Origin: Raillietiella orientalis | Lineage: Eukaryota | Assembly (NCBI GenBank): GCA_036172245.1 | Contig: JAYWIR010000017.1 | Location: 2,728,001 to 2,792,000 of the forward strand | Direction: 5' to 3' | Length of the DNA: 64,000 nucleotides | Part shown: positions 1 through 15,000 of the stretch, piece by piece | Layout: every line of letters begins with the position of its first letter | Numbering within the stretch: position 1 is the first letter of the stretch | Notes under the pieces: generated by a model | Databases searched by the model: none | Told to the model about the DNA's origin: nothing | What the model saw: the letters and a program-made list of their open reading frames with translations, nothing else | Made by a program: the position numbers and the translations under genes

Positions 1-3000
1 ACTAGAAACGAAATCCAAAAAGGCAGAAGCCGCGGTAGAGGAACTGATTGATCTGTTCATATCCAAAGCAGAGCTTCCTATCGAATCCAAGATTTTGAGA
101 CACGATTGGAGAGGACTCGTTCAGAAGAAGACTCAAAAGGAAATCAGTAGAGGCAATTTGTTTTGAGATAATAGGATACTGCCGCCGCTAATTTCTTCAT
201 GCTTTCCGTTATCCGATGGTATTTATTTTCAGGAAGCGAGACTACTGAAATGGACTCAATGGAAATAAAAACTCCGGAAGATGAGTTAGAAGAGGCAGAA
301 GAAGAAGAGGAACCGATTCTTCCCGAAGAAGAGCAGATGATATGGAATGAAGAAGTTAGGGCGTTTCGTGAAAATTGCCAAATATTGTATTCCACAGTAT
401 CTCAAAGACTTAGTGAATCCTTGATACGATGCACAAGAAATAGTTTAGAATCTTTAAGAAAACGACTCTTCTTGCAAATGTATGGCAACCTGCCCTCTAT
501 AAATTTGTTTTCACGTTTGAACTTCTTTTGAAGACTTCCTGTGAATCAAGTCGATTCGAGAAACTTGGGCAAGGAATCCGATACGAGCCCATGCATACAA
601 ACGGAAATAATTCTGAAAATTCCGCACATTTGCTTGCAGCCTTCTTTGGATGAAATTCAGCAAACTATGCAGAAAGTCGCGCAAATGATAGTGGCAGTAA
701 ACCAACATGTGTCGCTGTGGGACCATTCGAAACCCCAGATATCTAAATCAAAACGAACCGTCACTTTGGATACGCTACTTGGTAATTGGAAATAACAGAG
801 AGTATTGGAAGTAAAATCCTTGTTTCCCTATCCAAGGACAACCTTTTGATTTCAAATCTCCACTGTTTTCCAACAGTTTCCTGAAAATTGTTGCAGAAAA
901 CAAAGATGTTGGAAAAGCTTGCAGCACTATCACAGGAGCAGTACTGTCGAACAAAGCAGCTGTTAATGAAATTTTGAAGGTAATCATTTAGAGCTTCTAG
1001 GCTAGGTGTCATCCGAACCTGGTTTGACTGCAATGATCGATTTGATGATTTATTCGAAGATAACTGAGAGCGTAAAGTAGAACCCTCAGGCCTCTCGTTG
1101 TTATTCTGAAAAGAAAAGTCAGCTGGGCATTTGTCGAAAAATTCCACTTGGTGCAACGATGATTCGCAGAGTTGGGACTTTGGGTCATCGTACTTGGCAT
1201 GTGGTCCTCGTCATTGTTTGCGTGCCCGAAAGAACAGAATCGAACAGCCGGATTTTGGATGTTGCACGGTTTCTGGCGTATAGAAAAACGAGGTACAGAG
1301 AATAGGATACTCTGCGTGCTGTTGCATCTTTTTTTCGTTCTTTAGTATCCGTCATAAAGTGATCATAAATCATGTCCACTTCTCAGCTCGGTGTTAATTT
1401 ATATTCCAAAAGCTGTCTGAGGACCCGATTAGCAAAGTTTCGATTATTGGGTATTTAAGATGAGACTTTGTTAATCAAGGAGATTTTCTTCCTCATCATC
1501 TTGCCTTTCGTGAATTTTTGTATTCGTTTCTGCAGGATCGTGACTGCCGTCGTCTCTCTGTTTGAAAAACACAAAAAACAAATAAGCGGCTCTTTTGTTT
1601 CGTCTGATTAGGTTTCTTTAGAATAACGTAAAAAGAAACAACAACAGCAACAACAACAACAAAAAATTGAGCATCATGAAGTCAACATTTTCAATGAGAC
1701 GGAGAAAATCAATGCGTAGGTCATAGGAACTTTTGAATTTCGTGGCTATTCCACGTGGCGATTCAAGTTTCCAGGAAATTAACACTTCGACCTGTAACTG
1801 GATTTTTCCGATCCATTCTGGATGGATAGCCCAAAGAGTTCCACAATGAGATCCGCAAATCTGGGGAAACCCATTGATGAACAATGGAAGGAAGTATCAG
1901 GAGAAGGATTTAAGAATGGTATCGGTGATAGGGAAAATCGCGATGAAAAGGCATCATCTTTTAGGTGGTGCTTTTGTATATTTTTTTCATGTTAGAAAAA
2001 AATGGATGAAATTTTTTTAAAGGATGAGGAACGATGAAATCATCAGTGCGAGTTTCCGTGATATCATTCGAGTTTTTCCTATGCGTAAGCCTTCTATTGA
2101 ATTTCCCTCACTTCCCTCGAATTGATTTACTATTCGTTCATGATTCCAGTACAGTGGATTAATTGCATTGGAATTCGTCGTGTGAATTAAGAGAAGAAGA
2201 GAATAACTTTCCTCGCTGGAAGAAGAGAAATACTTCATCCAAGTGTCGTTACCGATAAAGATTACAACTGATATCGAGAGTCAACTGAAAGGGAATAAAA
2301 AACAAAAAAAAAGGGTTAAACATCAACAATCCTCTCTTCTTTCCAAACTCTCACCGATAAGAAGAGATTAAAAGCAAATGCACTCCTTTGCGTGTGTGGT
2401 GGTGGTGGTGGGGAGGGGGGGATACAAGAACATACGAGCCATCCTAGTAGTGAATTCGAAGCGGTTAAGGAAAGGTGCAGCTCCGTCGGAGTAACCCACA
2501 CGCACACTAGGCAGGCAAATCTTTGAACATTTGAAAAGTATTTACAAGCTGTAGAAGTTCTGTGTTACAGAATAAGGATGCATGCAGTGTTCTGTACTAG
2601 ACTAAGCTTCCTTTTCTACTTGGATCTTCTTTTCCATTCACAGTGCTGATTCGCATTCAGATGCTCTGTGAGCAATTCAGTGCGCATCGAACGAAAACTT
2701 GTACGGAAATCTTCCTTCTGCTTGAGTTTCGAGTATTCTTTTTGTTGGCGGACCATTTGTAAAAAGACAGTTTGGTGTCAGCGATTTCCTTCGAAACTGG
2801 TTGGAATGACACCAAAGGATCAGGAAACGGTGTCTGGTTCAATCTGTTTGCATTGATCGTTGTTGCTCGATGCTTCCGAAGGTGAGCGCGTGCCGCCGAC
2901 TGACGAAATGTTTCCCAATCAGCTGTGATCAGGCTACGTAGCCATGGACTGTTCTCGAAAGACGATATGCATTTTTAGAGTCACAAGCACTTCAATTTTT

Positions 3001-6000
3001 TGTGGAGTTTGGATCGGGACGCGATCATCAAAGAATTTGTAGAGTCCAATCCCACTCTGGAAGAATTTAAAGAGGAATTAAAGAAGTACACAGATATTGA
3101 AAACAAAATATACCGCATCCCTGAAGTCTATGTTGTCGGACCTATAGAAATGAACACAGGTGAGTGCTGCTCCCAAGGAGAATTCCAAATTTGTTTTCTT
3201 TCTCCTTCTTCTAAAAACAGAGAAGCTGAAAACGGCATTAATTGTGGAAGTACAAGCGTGGACACTAGCTCTGTGCAAGGGACTGAATGCGATTTACAAA
3301 ACAAAAGTCGATTACGTCTCTGATTTCATATCCGAAAAGAGCAAGACACTTTATCGTCCTATCAAAGATTTGGACGATGTCCGGATGGCAATGGCTTGTC
3401 TTTCCGATATTAGGGAAAATCAAATCGATTTGGAATTTCTCATAAGCCCCATTGACGAAGTCTACAATTTGTTGTCGCAAAACGGTGTAGATGTGATGAA
3501 GGAGGAAGCTGAGAAAGTCGATTCTCTCAAATATGGATTTAGCAGTCTGATCATTGATGTGAGGAGGGGGAGTCGCCACAGTTCATCATCTATCTATCTG
3601 TCTGTCTCCACAATAGGCCGAAAACGTGCAGCAGAGGCTGGAAGAAGTTCAACCCATCTTCAAGGATGAGTTGTTCGATACAATAAACAAGTTCGATTCG
3701 GATTTATCCCAGTTGGAAGAGGACTACGAAAGTCGCGGTCCTATGGAGGAAGGCATCACTCCCACGGAAGCCAGTGCAAGGTGAGCCTTTGCTATTTTAG
3801 AGATTCCATGCAAGCGTTTCTTCTTCGTTTTTCTTCTCCTTTCAGACTCAATCAGTTTCAGTACAGATTCGATGATCTGTGGAATACTTATGTTATCATC
3901 AATAGTGGCCAAAAATTGTTTGGCATCCCAGTCACAGAGTACCCGTACATTCAAAAGTTGAAAAAAGAGCTTGCGATGCTGCAAAAATTGTACGGCTTGT
4001 ACGAGCAAGTCATGGAGTCCATAAATGGATATTACGATATACCCTGGGTTGATCTCAATACAGAGAGCATTGTGAATGAGCTCCAGGAATTCCAGAACCG
4101 GTGAACTTTAGTTTTTTGATGGATGGGAATTGATCGGGGGCGTTGCAGTTGCCGAAGACTCCCGAAAAATCTGAAAGATTGGCAAGCGTACTTGGATTTG
4201 AAGAAGAAAATAGATGACTTTAATGAAACCTGCCCTCTGTTGGAACTAATGGCTAATAAATCACTGAAACCCCGACACTGGGAGCAGATATCACAACTAA
4301 TGCAACACGAGCTCGATGTGGAGAGCGAAGGATTTTTGTTGAGACACATCATGGAAGCTCCTTTACTCAAGTACAAAGAGGACATCGAGGTTCGTGCTTC
4401 GGCAGAGCTAGTCGGAATCTGTAGCCGGAACGATACTCTTTCTGCGATGTACGATGATGGAAGCGACTGCTTGTAGCTTTACTGGGGAGTCTTCGAGCAT
4501 CAGCTTTTTGGCTACTATCCGTCCGCCGCAAATTACCTGTGCCCCTTCAGCACACATTCCTGTTGCTTTACTTACTTCCCATGCTGCTGCACTTTCATAT
4601 GCTCGCAATTCCACTCGTTTTTGAAATTGCCGAGAAACTTCCGTTCATTGCACATTTCGTGTCATCAATTCAATTTGTTTCTTCACACAAGGACATATGC
4701 ATTGCGGCAACCAAGGAAAGAGAAATCGATTCAAAATTGAAGCAAGTAATGAGCGAATGGGAAATCCACGTCCTGTCTTTTTCGACTTTCAAAGGGAAAG
4801 GAGAACTGCTTTTAAAAGGACAGGAAACCTTGGAGGTGATCAGCTTGATGGAGGACAGCTTATTGGTTCTGAGTTCTCTTCTGACCAACAGGTTACCAGA
4901 TTTCGCATTTGACTTTCGTTCTTTTTTCTCGGTATGAATATGAAAAATGGCATTTATGAAAAGTTTGGCACTGATCAGAATGGGTTCAGAGCACTTGAAA
5001 ATCATTGAATATATATATATATATATATTTATAGATAGATAGATAGATAGATAGATAAAGAATAGATAGATAGAATATAGATAAGTGTACGGTCATTGTA
5101 ATCAAGTCGCAGCAACACTGATAGCTTATTTAATTCCGAATTCGGAAAAACGGATTGTGTGTAAAATCCAATATCGAATCGCAGTTTTTCTCGCATCTTC
5201 TTCAAGTCCGAAAGGGATAGCGAGAAAATTAATCAATCATCGTTTGTGTGTGTGTGTGTGTGTTTTTATGTGTTCATATTCATATCCTGTAAATTGGCAT
5301 TGTGAAGAATGAATTGCAGTAAGGCAGGTTCATTTACATTCCGTGTGGACATCAGCCAAGCTCCCAAGTCGATGACGGAAATTTCATTTTTTAATTTTTT
5401 TGTCCAAGAGAAATTCACAGAGCGGGCTACCTTTTTGTTTTGTTTTGCTTTGCTTTGCTGATGATTATCAATCAGATCATGAGCTGAGATCGATTCCTCT
5501 ACAAACGTGGAAATGATCTGTAGTTTTGAACCGAAGTCTCTCGTGAACTTCACAGCACTGGACTCTGAGGATGCGGCCATCGTTTGGGTTGAAATCACCC
5601 CCCCCCCTCCCCCCAGTTCCATGCGCCGTCAGACTGTGCGACCGTTTTCCAAATTACGTTTTATTTAATTCCATTGTCAGAAAACTGTAGGTGTCGAAAG
5701 GAAGAAGAAGAAAAGTGCCTAATAAAGCTTGCATGACAGACAAATGAATACCTACAAAAAAAAGGAAGTTTAGAAAATTAATGGAGCTGAAACCAAGTGA
5801 GCAGCTCCTTCTACGAAAGCTCTGCAAATGATCTGCATTACAAAGGGCTGGCTGTGCTGCGCACTGCTTTCCTTTCTTTTTCTCTTTTTTACAAACGTGT
5901 CGACATCAGCACTGGGCATTCCGAACGAATCATTCTTGTAACTAATGATTTCTCTGCTTATTAGGAAACACACAATTCATTCGGGCAGGAGATTGCGCTT

Positions 6001-9000
6001 TGGGTGTGAAAAGATGGATGTTTTTCGGAACCTTTACTCTGTAGGCTGAACTTTTTTTCGGTTTTTCGCCACCATCATCGTCATCACCATTGTTTCCGAA
6101 TTTTGTTTTTGTGTGCGTGTTCTTGTGAGGTGTGAATTGCTAGTCCATCCTGTACAAAGCTCCCGTCAGTTGAAACATCAAAGAGGGGATGTAGGACGAA
6201 TCATCGAGCGCTTCAGCAAACAGTGCCGCCATTCTAATCCACAACAACAGCCGCCTCGATACGAGCCGCTACTTGTGCAAAGCGTTGTGACATGTCAAAA
6301 TCTCAACGTCTCCGACCCGACTGCGGTGTTCACGAGTTTCCTGAAATGCTGCCGCATGCATTTGAAGAAGCTCGTGAACCCGAAGATCCCAAAGGAAGCC
6401 CGATTCAGGGAAATTTCCCCTTGGAATGTACACATGTGTTTTCATGCCCGTTAAAACATATAAATAAGAAAGAGGGGTGCGGGGGTGGGAAGCAATGGAA
6501 TAGTTATGACAGGAAAATTACAAACGTAAATAATAATAATAGTAATAATAATAATAAAAGCAAGAATCGGTAGCTTGAGAAACGTTCTTCGACTTGCGTA
6601 CGGAAAGAACGATTTTCACCGGCATTTCTAATTAGCTGCAAAATGATTTTTGTGGACAAATCATAAGGGAAGCATGCATGCTGCACTAAAAATGGGTTGA
6701 TCTGAATAAAGCAAAATAAGCGGACTGAGTTTGTGGAAGACCTGTAAACACCATAACAGCTCTGTTCCACTTGCAGCAATAAAAAATTACCGATTCATTA
6801 GAAAGCGGAGAAAGAAAAAAAGAAAATGGGTCGGGCGACATATCTGCAGCATGCTGCTGCATGTCCTAAGCCATGGAGACCCCATTTCAAACTGCATTTT
6901 TCACGATGCTTTGGAGAAAAGCTAACAAGATATCAGGGACGGTTTTGCCCGAGTGACAGTGTTAATGCATTCACAAAAACTTAGCAGTGATGACCCTGTC
7001 AAGAAAAGCAGCAGCGCCATATTGTGATTCTAGACTGGGGGAGGGACAACATGTCTTTTGATTACGGTCGGAATCGTGCACTGACTGAACCACGGATCTG
7101 CTGCGTAATTTCAAGTGCGCTTCGGGTATTGTGAGAACTCTGAAGACTTCCTTTCTCCTTTCCGTTGCTTTTTTTGTTTGTTTGTTTGTTCAGTGCTCTG
7201 ATGTGTCTAAAAGCTTCCTAACCGATCTTCTAAAGTCTGAATACCACTGAAATTTCCTCAACTGAATGAATCAGTTCACAAACTTTGCAGGTATAATGCT
7301 CCCTTGAAGAAAGACATACAGCAGTGGATTTCAAAGCTTTCCATTTCTACGACTGTTTTGGAAAATTGGCTATTAGTTCAGAATTTGTGGCTGTATCTGG
7401 AAGCCGTGTTCGTTGGTGGAGATATTGCGAAACAACTGCCTCAAGAGTCGAAGAGATTTCAAGTAAGCGGTCTACTCATTGTGTTTCGGTTCCGGTAAGT
7501 GGCGAGATATAGGGTCCCAGGAACTCGATGATGCTCCTCTCTCTTGACCCTTCTGCAGCTTCAGGTCTCACGATTTTTCTGAATTCAAAAACGCTTAACC
7601 TTTCTTAATGACTGATACAATTGTAAGACCAAGGAGCAAACAACCAGAATTTTCATTGCTTTCCTAAGATGACGGTGAAATGCTGTCGGGATAACAGTTT
7701 CCGAGTCGGAATTTCGACTACCAAAGCACACGAAAATAGGCAATCAGTCGGCCATCACCTCTCACGCGAAATATTCTCGTTAGACTTCAAAAAACTTCAC
7801 ACTGGGAGCAGAGTGGAAAACGCTGAAATGGGAATTCAAAAGTGGTTCTTCAGATCATTCGATAACAGCATGGAAATAAAAAAAGAATCGACACGAATGA
7901 ATCAGTCAGACAAATGTGATGAGAGTTTTATTCGTGTTCGTCATGTGATTTGTTCCTCGACTTTTATAGCTATCGTTTCTCAGAGCTCTCATCATTTGTT
8001 GTCGGTTTCATCATTCTGGGGGTCTATCGAAATTTGATTTGAGGGATACTTTGGAGTACAGACACGTTCTTTACACGTGAACAAGTGTACTAGAAGTTTT
8101 AAGTAAACCTCTTAGCATTTCATTCTGTGCACGCTGAACTTCGAGGAAAGTCATTGGTCAATTGGAACCGTCTTCGGTTCCAATTGACCGATCTCCGAAA
8201 TGATGCAGCAGAATGTTCTTCAAGTCAAAAGATGCTTCAGAAGGATCTAGTCTTTCGACAACTGGAGAAATGCGACATTTCCAACAATAATCAATGGATA
8301 CGAAGGATCAGCAAATCTACGCAAAAAGAAATGCAAGCAGAAAAATACAGCAAATACAGTTCTCCAAATTGGTCCATTGCCGAAAAGTTCCAGGAATAGT
8401 TTGCTTTAGAATTGAATATTTAAGTAGCTATTCCATTTAGCGACCCTAAACTATCAGCAGCATTTCGGTTGGTTTCAGTGAAAAAGCATAATCATCGGAA
8501 GGATAAAAAATCTTTTAGCACATGTTTCTTTACTTGTAGACTCTGAAAGAATATGCACGTTACACATTATTAAAATTAATAAGAAAACAATTTATGGGTT
8601 TCGAAAAAAGAAAAGAAAAGCGTATTGACTCATAAGGTGCACGTCTCGCTACAAATTGTTTCCATCTCTATTCTATCGATTGTCTGAGGCTTCTTTTTTT
8701 TTTTTTTTTACCCATCATAAAGAGTGGAGTATAGAGGGTGCAATACGGTGACACAATTGGGGCATCACAAACACCGCAGTTGAGGACATTAGGACATCTT
8801 CCGGTGATGCCTATACTTTTTCCTTTTTTCCCCTCGAATTTCGAAATCATCTATGACTGAAAAGAGGAAGCGACTTTCCTGGAGCGAAGATCTCGAAGAA
8901 AAACGAAAAGAGTCGTCAGACAAAAGAGATTGGAACTTTTGACCTTGATTTCCGAATGATCACGGACTTGGTTTATTTCGAATCCGAACGCTCTCATAGA

Positions 9001-12000
9001 TGAGATCGCTTCTTTAGATTTCCCTTTTGCTACAAATGCAATCCCTTCTTTGAAGCACTTCGGCAAGCGTCATGCATTTCAGCCATCTACAGCTAGTGTA
9101 GATTCTCTCTTCTCGTAGAATTCACAGACACTGACCTGAAGTCTGTTTGAATTTCTCTCATCTTTCACTGAAGCAGTGTACTTGAAGCAGTCACAGGACA
9201 TAAGGCGATTTCGCGAGTTTCTTTCTCAAGTCTGCATCTTGGCCACGAGATGCTGGAGACGGCTCGCACAAAAGCAAAGCAAAGCAAAATAAAAAAATGC
9301 TTGCTCTCTTCGGCTTCTTGACTCTCAGAGGAGATTCAGACCACCGCTTGCCACCTCCTTCCACTTACTTGTTGAAATGCTTGATGGGAGTTTTGCAAAG
9401 TTTTGCTACCCTACCTTACCTTATCCTAGGTAAAAGTTCTTCAAAGAGTTCGGTAATGAAACGACGAGTAGTAAATTCACAAAACTAGTCCCTGAGGTAA
9501 TTTTTCATTTCTTGTCCTAGAATATTGACAAATCATGGCAGAAGATCATGCAGAGAGCTCACGAGACGCCGAACGTCGTTGAGTGTTGCACCAAAGACGA
9601 CACCATGTCTCAGTTGCTCCCTCATTTATTAGAGCAATTGGAAGTTTGCCAGAAATCCTTAAGCGGGTAAGGGATTTCTGATTCTTTAATACCTGTACTT
9701 GTCACTTTCCCAAAACAAAACATGCGAGATGTTATTTTCAAATTGCGGTCCCATCGTTTCTACTGTACTTCATACCAAGAAACCGCAATGAATTCAAAAA
9801 TTCAATGAACTTCACCATTACCAATGATGATAACACGGTGATGATGCCTCAAATCCGTGCACTGCGAATGTGTGTGTGTTTTTTTTTGATTCCGGTATTC
9901 TTGACTTGGCGCTTATCAGTCATGGCTTTACACTTGAACAGAGACGTGGCAAATTTGATTTCCCGATAGATGTTTCCTGGCATTCGAAGGCTACGATGCT
10001 CATAATGCTGTTTTACATTTGCTTCATAAAGGCAAGCTCTTTAGTTGCAAGCTGTCTTCACGAGAATGTCAACTGTATTTCTTGCATCATGATCTGATGG
10101 CATCTTCAAGCACATTATTTCCAAGGGAGCGCTTAGTCGATGCCCTTTCCCACTTGTGATGGAGACCAATTTTCTGGTTTTCTCATTCCCGCTCGTAAGT
10201 TTTGGTTCTGCAAGCAGAAATCGTAGAGAACTCTCCGGGCGCGTTTCTCAGAAATTAACAGAATTAAATTTATGACACATGGGGACAAAATGTGGTCAGT
10301 GAAAAGTTCAAATTTATGTCTGGTTCGAGCAGACCCAGGCATCGCGAGTCCTGATGGCGTTGCCTTCAAAAAAGGAAAGCTGTGGTGAATCTCCAGTGGT
10401 GGGAAGGTTAGATTAGGTAGTGTTCTCGGGACCGCACGTCGAAAATCTTCTTCCTTGTACACATCCTTCTGACAACTTTAAATAGCATTCATTCGCAGGA
10501 GAGGATCTTTCCGACTGTATGAACAATAAGAACGTTGAGGGATATTTGTGCTTGAGACAATTCTAAAACATCATACTGTTCAGCTTGCATTATACGCGAG
10601 ATATTCAGAACGTAAACAATATCATTATTCAAATATGTGAGTGATATGTATCTATTTTTTTTCCAGCTATTTGGAAGCAAAGCGCATGATTTTTCCCAGG
10701 TTTTTTTTTGTTTCCGATCCTACACTTTTGGAAATCCTTGGTCAAGCTTCCGATTCTCATACCATTCAGAATCACCTGATCAATGTGTTTGACAACATTT
10801 TTCGGGTAAGCAGCCCCCTTCCTCTCCCCTTCTTTTTTACCTTCCTTCCTTCCTTCTTTTAAATGAAGTTCTCGTAATCAAAAGTTTTTGAGTTGACCCT
10901 AACCTGAGTAATGATAAGAAGGATTGGAGTTTCCGTTGTAGCAATGCAAGTTTCGCTCACTTCCCGCTGTGTTTGGTTTAAAGAAGCGACATGAGAAACT
11001 CCAATGGGTGCAGAAAGGCTGTTTAGTAACCAACCCTCGGGCTCACCCACTCACGTGGCTCATCCCGGTGTGACGTTCACTGTGTCACGTTCCACAAGAT
11101 ATTTGGATTCATGCTCATCTTCTCCTTGTAGTCGTTATCGAACGCCTCATCACCGTACTTAATTTTCGTTCTCAAACTCGCACCGCACGCGGCTATTCCC
11201 ATCATCACTCATGGGCGTGATTCTCACTGTCTCTGCATACCAACTCTTTCTTTACACTTTCTACGACCGCGACTCAGATTCTCTTTTACTCAACAGCAAC
11301 AAAACTGAATTCAAGATTTGGCACCTTTTCCACTGACTGATGAATTGAGTTTCCGCTTTCGACTTTCATTCTCACTTGCAGTTCCCGTTTCGTTTGGAAT
11401 CCCTACTCGCCTTCCAGCAAGCTTGCTTCATTTCCTATTCCGCTTAACGAATCTTTGTGCGCCGCCAAGTGATCCGCGTTCGCAATAACAACAGTAGTGA
11501 AAAATTCTATATATTTCTCTTTTCTTTCACTACAGTTGCGAGGTGCCATTTATCGCTTCCCATTTCCTTGCATGCATCTCGAAAGCACTTCTTTCCATTC
11601 GACCATTTGCTCTCTGCGATCCAAGGGATGAAATTCATCTCTCGGAATCAACTTTCCTAGAAGCTCGCCTCTATTTCTCTTCTGCAAGGAAACTGCTACA
11701 GCTTCAGCCGCAAAGCTTCATTGGAGCGTCCTGATGAACAAATACCAGCATCTTGGTACCCACAGATTTTTTTTCTTCTTCAATTAACCATATGAGTGTA
11801 CATGTGGTTCATTGAAAGATTTCATTGCGCTGTTGCCGGTGAACATGCTAGGGGAATCTGCTTTTCTCATGCTTTCGTAAATGGCAGGTCTCAATAGGGG
11901 AACAGTAAACTTCAAAGTACACATTCATTCATCCTCCTAACGACTTAAGAAAGCTTTATTTAGCTCTTCCTAAGCAGCATTCATTATTCGATCTAGTTGT

Positions 12001-15000
12001 TTCTGTCCTTTCTTGCATGGAATAATTTTGGGATCACCCGAGGAGACAGATTGGAAATTTTGAGTCATGGGTAAAGACACTCCTTGTTTCTGAAGATTGC
12101 CTTTTCCTATCTCTTTCAATTTGTTGATAGTCCCATTCACTGTGATAATCGGAATCGAGGCTCCGCAAAGCATCAAACATTTCTTAATGCGCATCTTGGC
12201 CGTGCCAAGTATAGATCGCAGTCCTACTTAGCCCTTGGCTATAGAGTTTCAGTTCAGTTTTGTTTCCTGTACTCGATAGCTGGAAACTTTGCTAAACGGA
12301 GGATCTCGGAGTATTGTCTTCCAAGTTAAGTTTGTAGAGTAGGAAAGAACTTCAAACATAATTACGGAAACAGATGGGAAACGGTTTTTGTTTCCTAGAA
12401 GAAATTTGGTATTTTTCAAAATGCTAAGAACATGGCATGAGTTCTTGTTCTTATATGTGCTTGCTAGCATTTGTGGAATTGACGGCGCATCTATTTAACG
12501 TGTTCCTGGTTAAATCGGCTTTGTGGATCCAAAGGAAGCACACCACTTTCCGAAATTTCAAACACGTCGGTACGCAAATGAAAAAATTTCTCAGGAAAAT
12601 CAAGTAAAATAAACAGAACAGCAGCAGGTGCTTTCCTGTTGCTTGCCAATGTTTCCTAAGTGAATTGCGCTCCTTGAACATTTATTGCTTGCTTCTCTTT
12701 GGGTAGAAAGTGAAAGCGTTCCATTGATTTAGAGCCGCAGATTCGAAAATAAAACCAAACGCAATAGTAATCAAATTTACTCTGAAATCTCTCTCTTTTA
12801 TTCGATCAACATATGGAGAAAAAGAAAAAAGAAAAAAAAACGACTATGAATCATGAGAAATTAATGGAATTTCAGGTTGAGTTTCACGAAAAGGATTACG
12901 ACAGAATACTCGCTTGCCTCTCCAGGGAAGATGAAAAACTCGTTTTGGGAACTCCTATCAAGGCTTTTGGGAACGTAGAAGTTTGGCTAGGAGATCTCCT
13001 AAAAGAGGAGAGGAAATCACTGAATTCTGTTATCCATGAGGCATACGTATTCATCACCGAAAACAAAGGGCCGGAATTTGACATCTTGAATTTCTTAAGC
13101 ATGAAAATTGCTCAGGTTGCTTTCTTTCTGAGACTAGTGCTGCTCAGAGCTGCCAACTTTGCCTTTTCGCTGTTCCATAGGTTGGTCTGCTGGGATTGCA
13201 AATCATATGGACCAGAGATTCCGAACACGCTCTGTCACTCGCGAAATACGACAATAAAATCATGTCGCTCACGAACGCTCACTTCCTGGATATCTTGAAC
13301 AAGCTGATCGACAAAACGACTGAAGATCTCAATGCGACAGAGCGCACCAAATATGAAACACTGATCACTACACACGTGCACCAGAAGTAAGAACATACCC
13401 TTTTTCTCCGTTACTTACTGTCAAGAAAACAATCTGAAAACTTAGAGATATCTTTGATGAGCTTTACCGATCGCATATCAAGTCGAAATTGGATTTCGAT
13501 TGGCAGAAGCAGTGCAGGGTCTACTACAAGACCGAACAAGAGGAATGTTTGGTTCAAATCACGGATGTGGACTTCATCTATCAGAATGAATTCCTAGGAT
13601 GCACAGAACGGTTGGTCATTACCCCTTTGACCGATAAATGCTACATCACCTTGGCCCAGGCCGTCGGTATGCATTTTGTAACAGCTTGAAGGTGACCGAT
13701 TGATTTCAAACTTCCCTTTCAGGGATGTCTATGGGAGGACTTCCTGCCGGTCCAGCCGGGACTGGAAAGACGGAAACAACGAAGGACATGGGGAAAACAC
13801 TTGGAAAATATGTCGTTGTATTCAACTGTTCGGATCAGATGGATTTCCGTGGACTCGGCAGAATATTCAAAGGAATATGCCAGTCGGGTTCTTGGGGATG
13901 TTTTGACGAATTTAACAGGATAGATTTACCGGTGCTGTCGGTAGCAGCTCAACAAATCAGTTTATTATTCAATGCCAAGAAAGAAAGGAAAACTCATTTT
14001 GTGTTCAGGTAATTTTGTCAAATTCTCAATCGCCAAAGAGTGAGAGTGACTTCATGCACCTTGCGTTTATTGCTTTGCGCACGCGAAAAGTAAATCCCCC
14101 CCCCCCCCCCCCCCGTTTTCCCTCCTGCTAGCAAACTGACTCGATCTGAGTTTGGATGGTAATCGGAAAACAATCGATAATAAGCCCCTCTCTTGGATTC
14201 CTGCCCCCTCAGCATTTCGCTCACGGTGAAAACGAGTCTTTTTTTTTTTTTAAAAAAAAAAAAAAAAGGACAACTCTCCCAACTTCGATATCCAGGAAAC
14301 CATAAAAATATGGAAACGTTTCTCAGCAATGTATCAAAGCCTGTAACGCCATTTACAGATGTTTTCCTAGCTCACCGTTAGAAAGAAACTCAGCGGCATC
14401 TTGGCTTTGGAAGCAGCTGGTCCAGATAGGAAACATCTGCTGAATTAATAATAATAGTAATGCACGCCTATCGGAATGACGCGCGTGAAGCGAGCGGCCA
14501 TGATACTGAAACGCTTTCAAGAGACTTTCCGAGCGTGGTACTTCTCCAAAACAACGCCGTCTTCATTTGAGCTTTTGATCTAAGCCAAGTCCTTTTCAAT
14601 CCGGTTAAACGAAAGCACGACTCGGCATCTGAGCATCAAGAGTTCCAACATGTTAAAAATGGCAAGGACTATCAACTTCATTTTGGACGGTCCTTTCATC
14701 GGTCTCCTCCTAGCGATTGCACGTTTTTATTTGTAGTCACACCTTCATATTTTCAAATAGAACCTTGTATATATTATTGTAATATAGTCACGCGCAGATG
14801 TGCATCTGTGTGAGGTGGTACAAAGGTAAGGCGTGTAGCATTTTTGCTCAAGTGAATAGATAATCTTGCTTGCACGTGACCGGTAAGTATTCCTCTTACA
14901 TGGGAAATGTGTGCTTCCTGGAAACATGAACAGGTCGGTGTGAAATTTGCAGGAATTTTTTTTTAATGCCTATTACACATATGGATTTTCATACCAAATT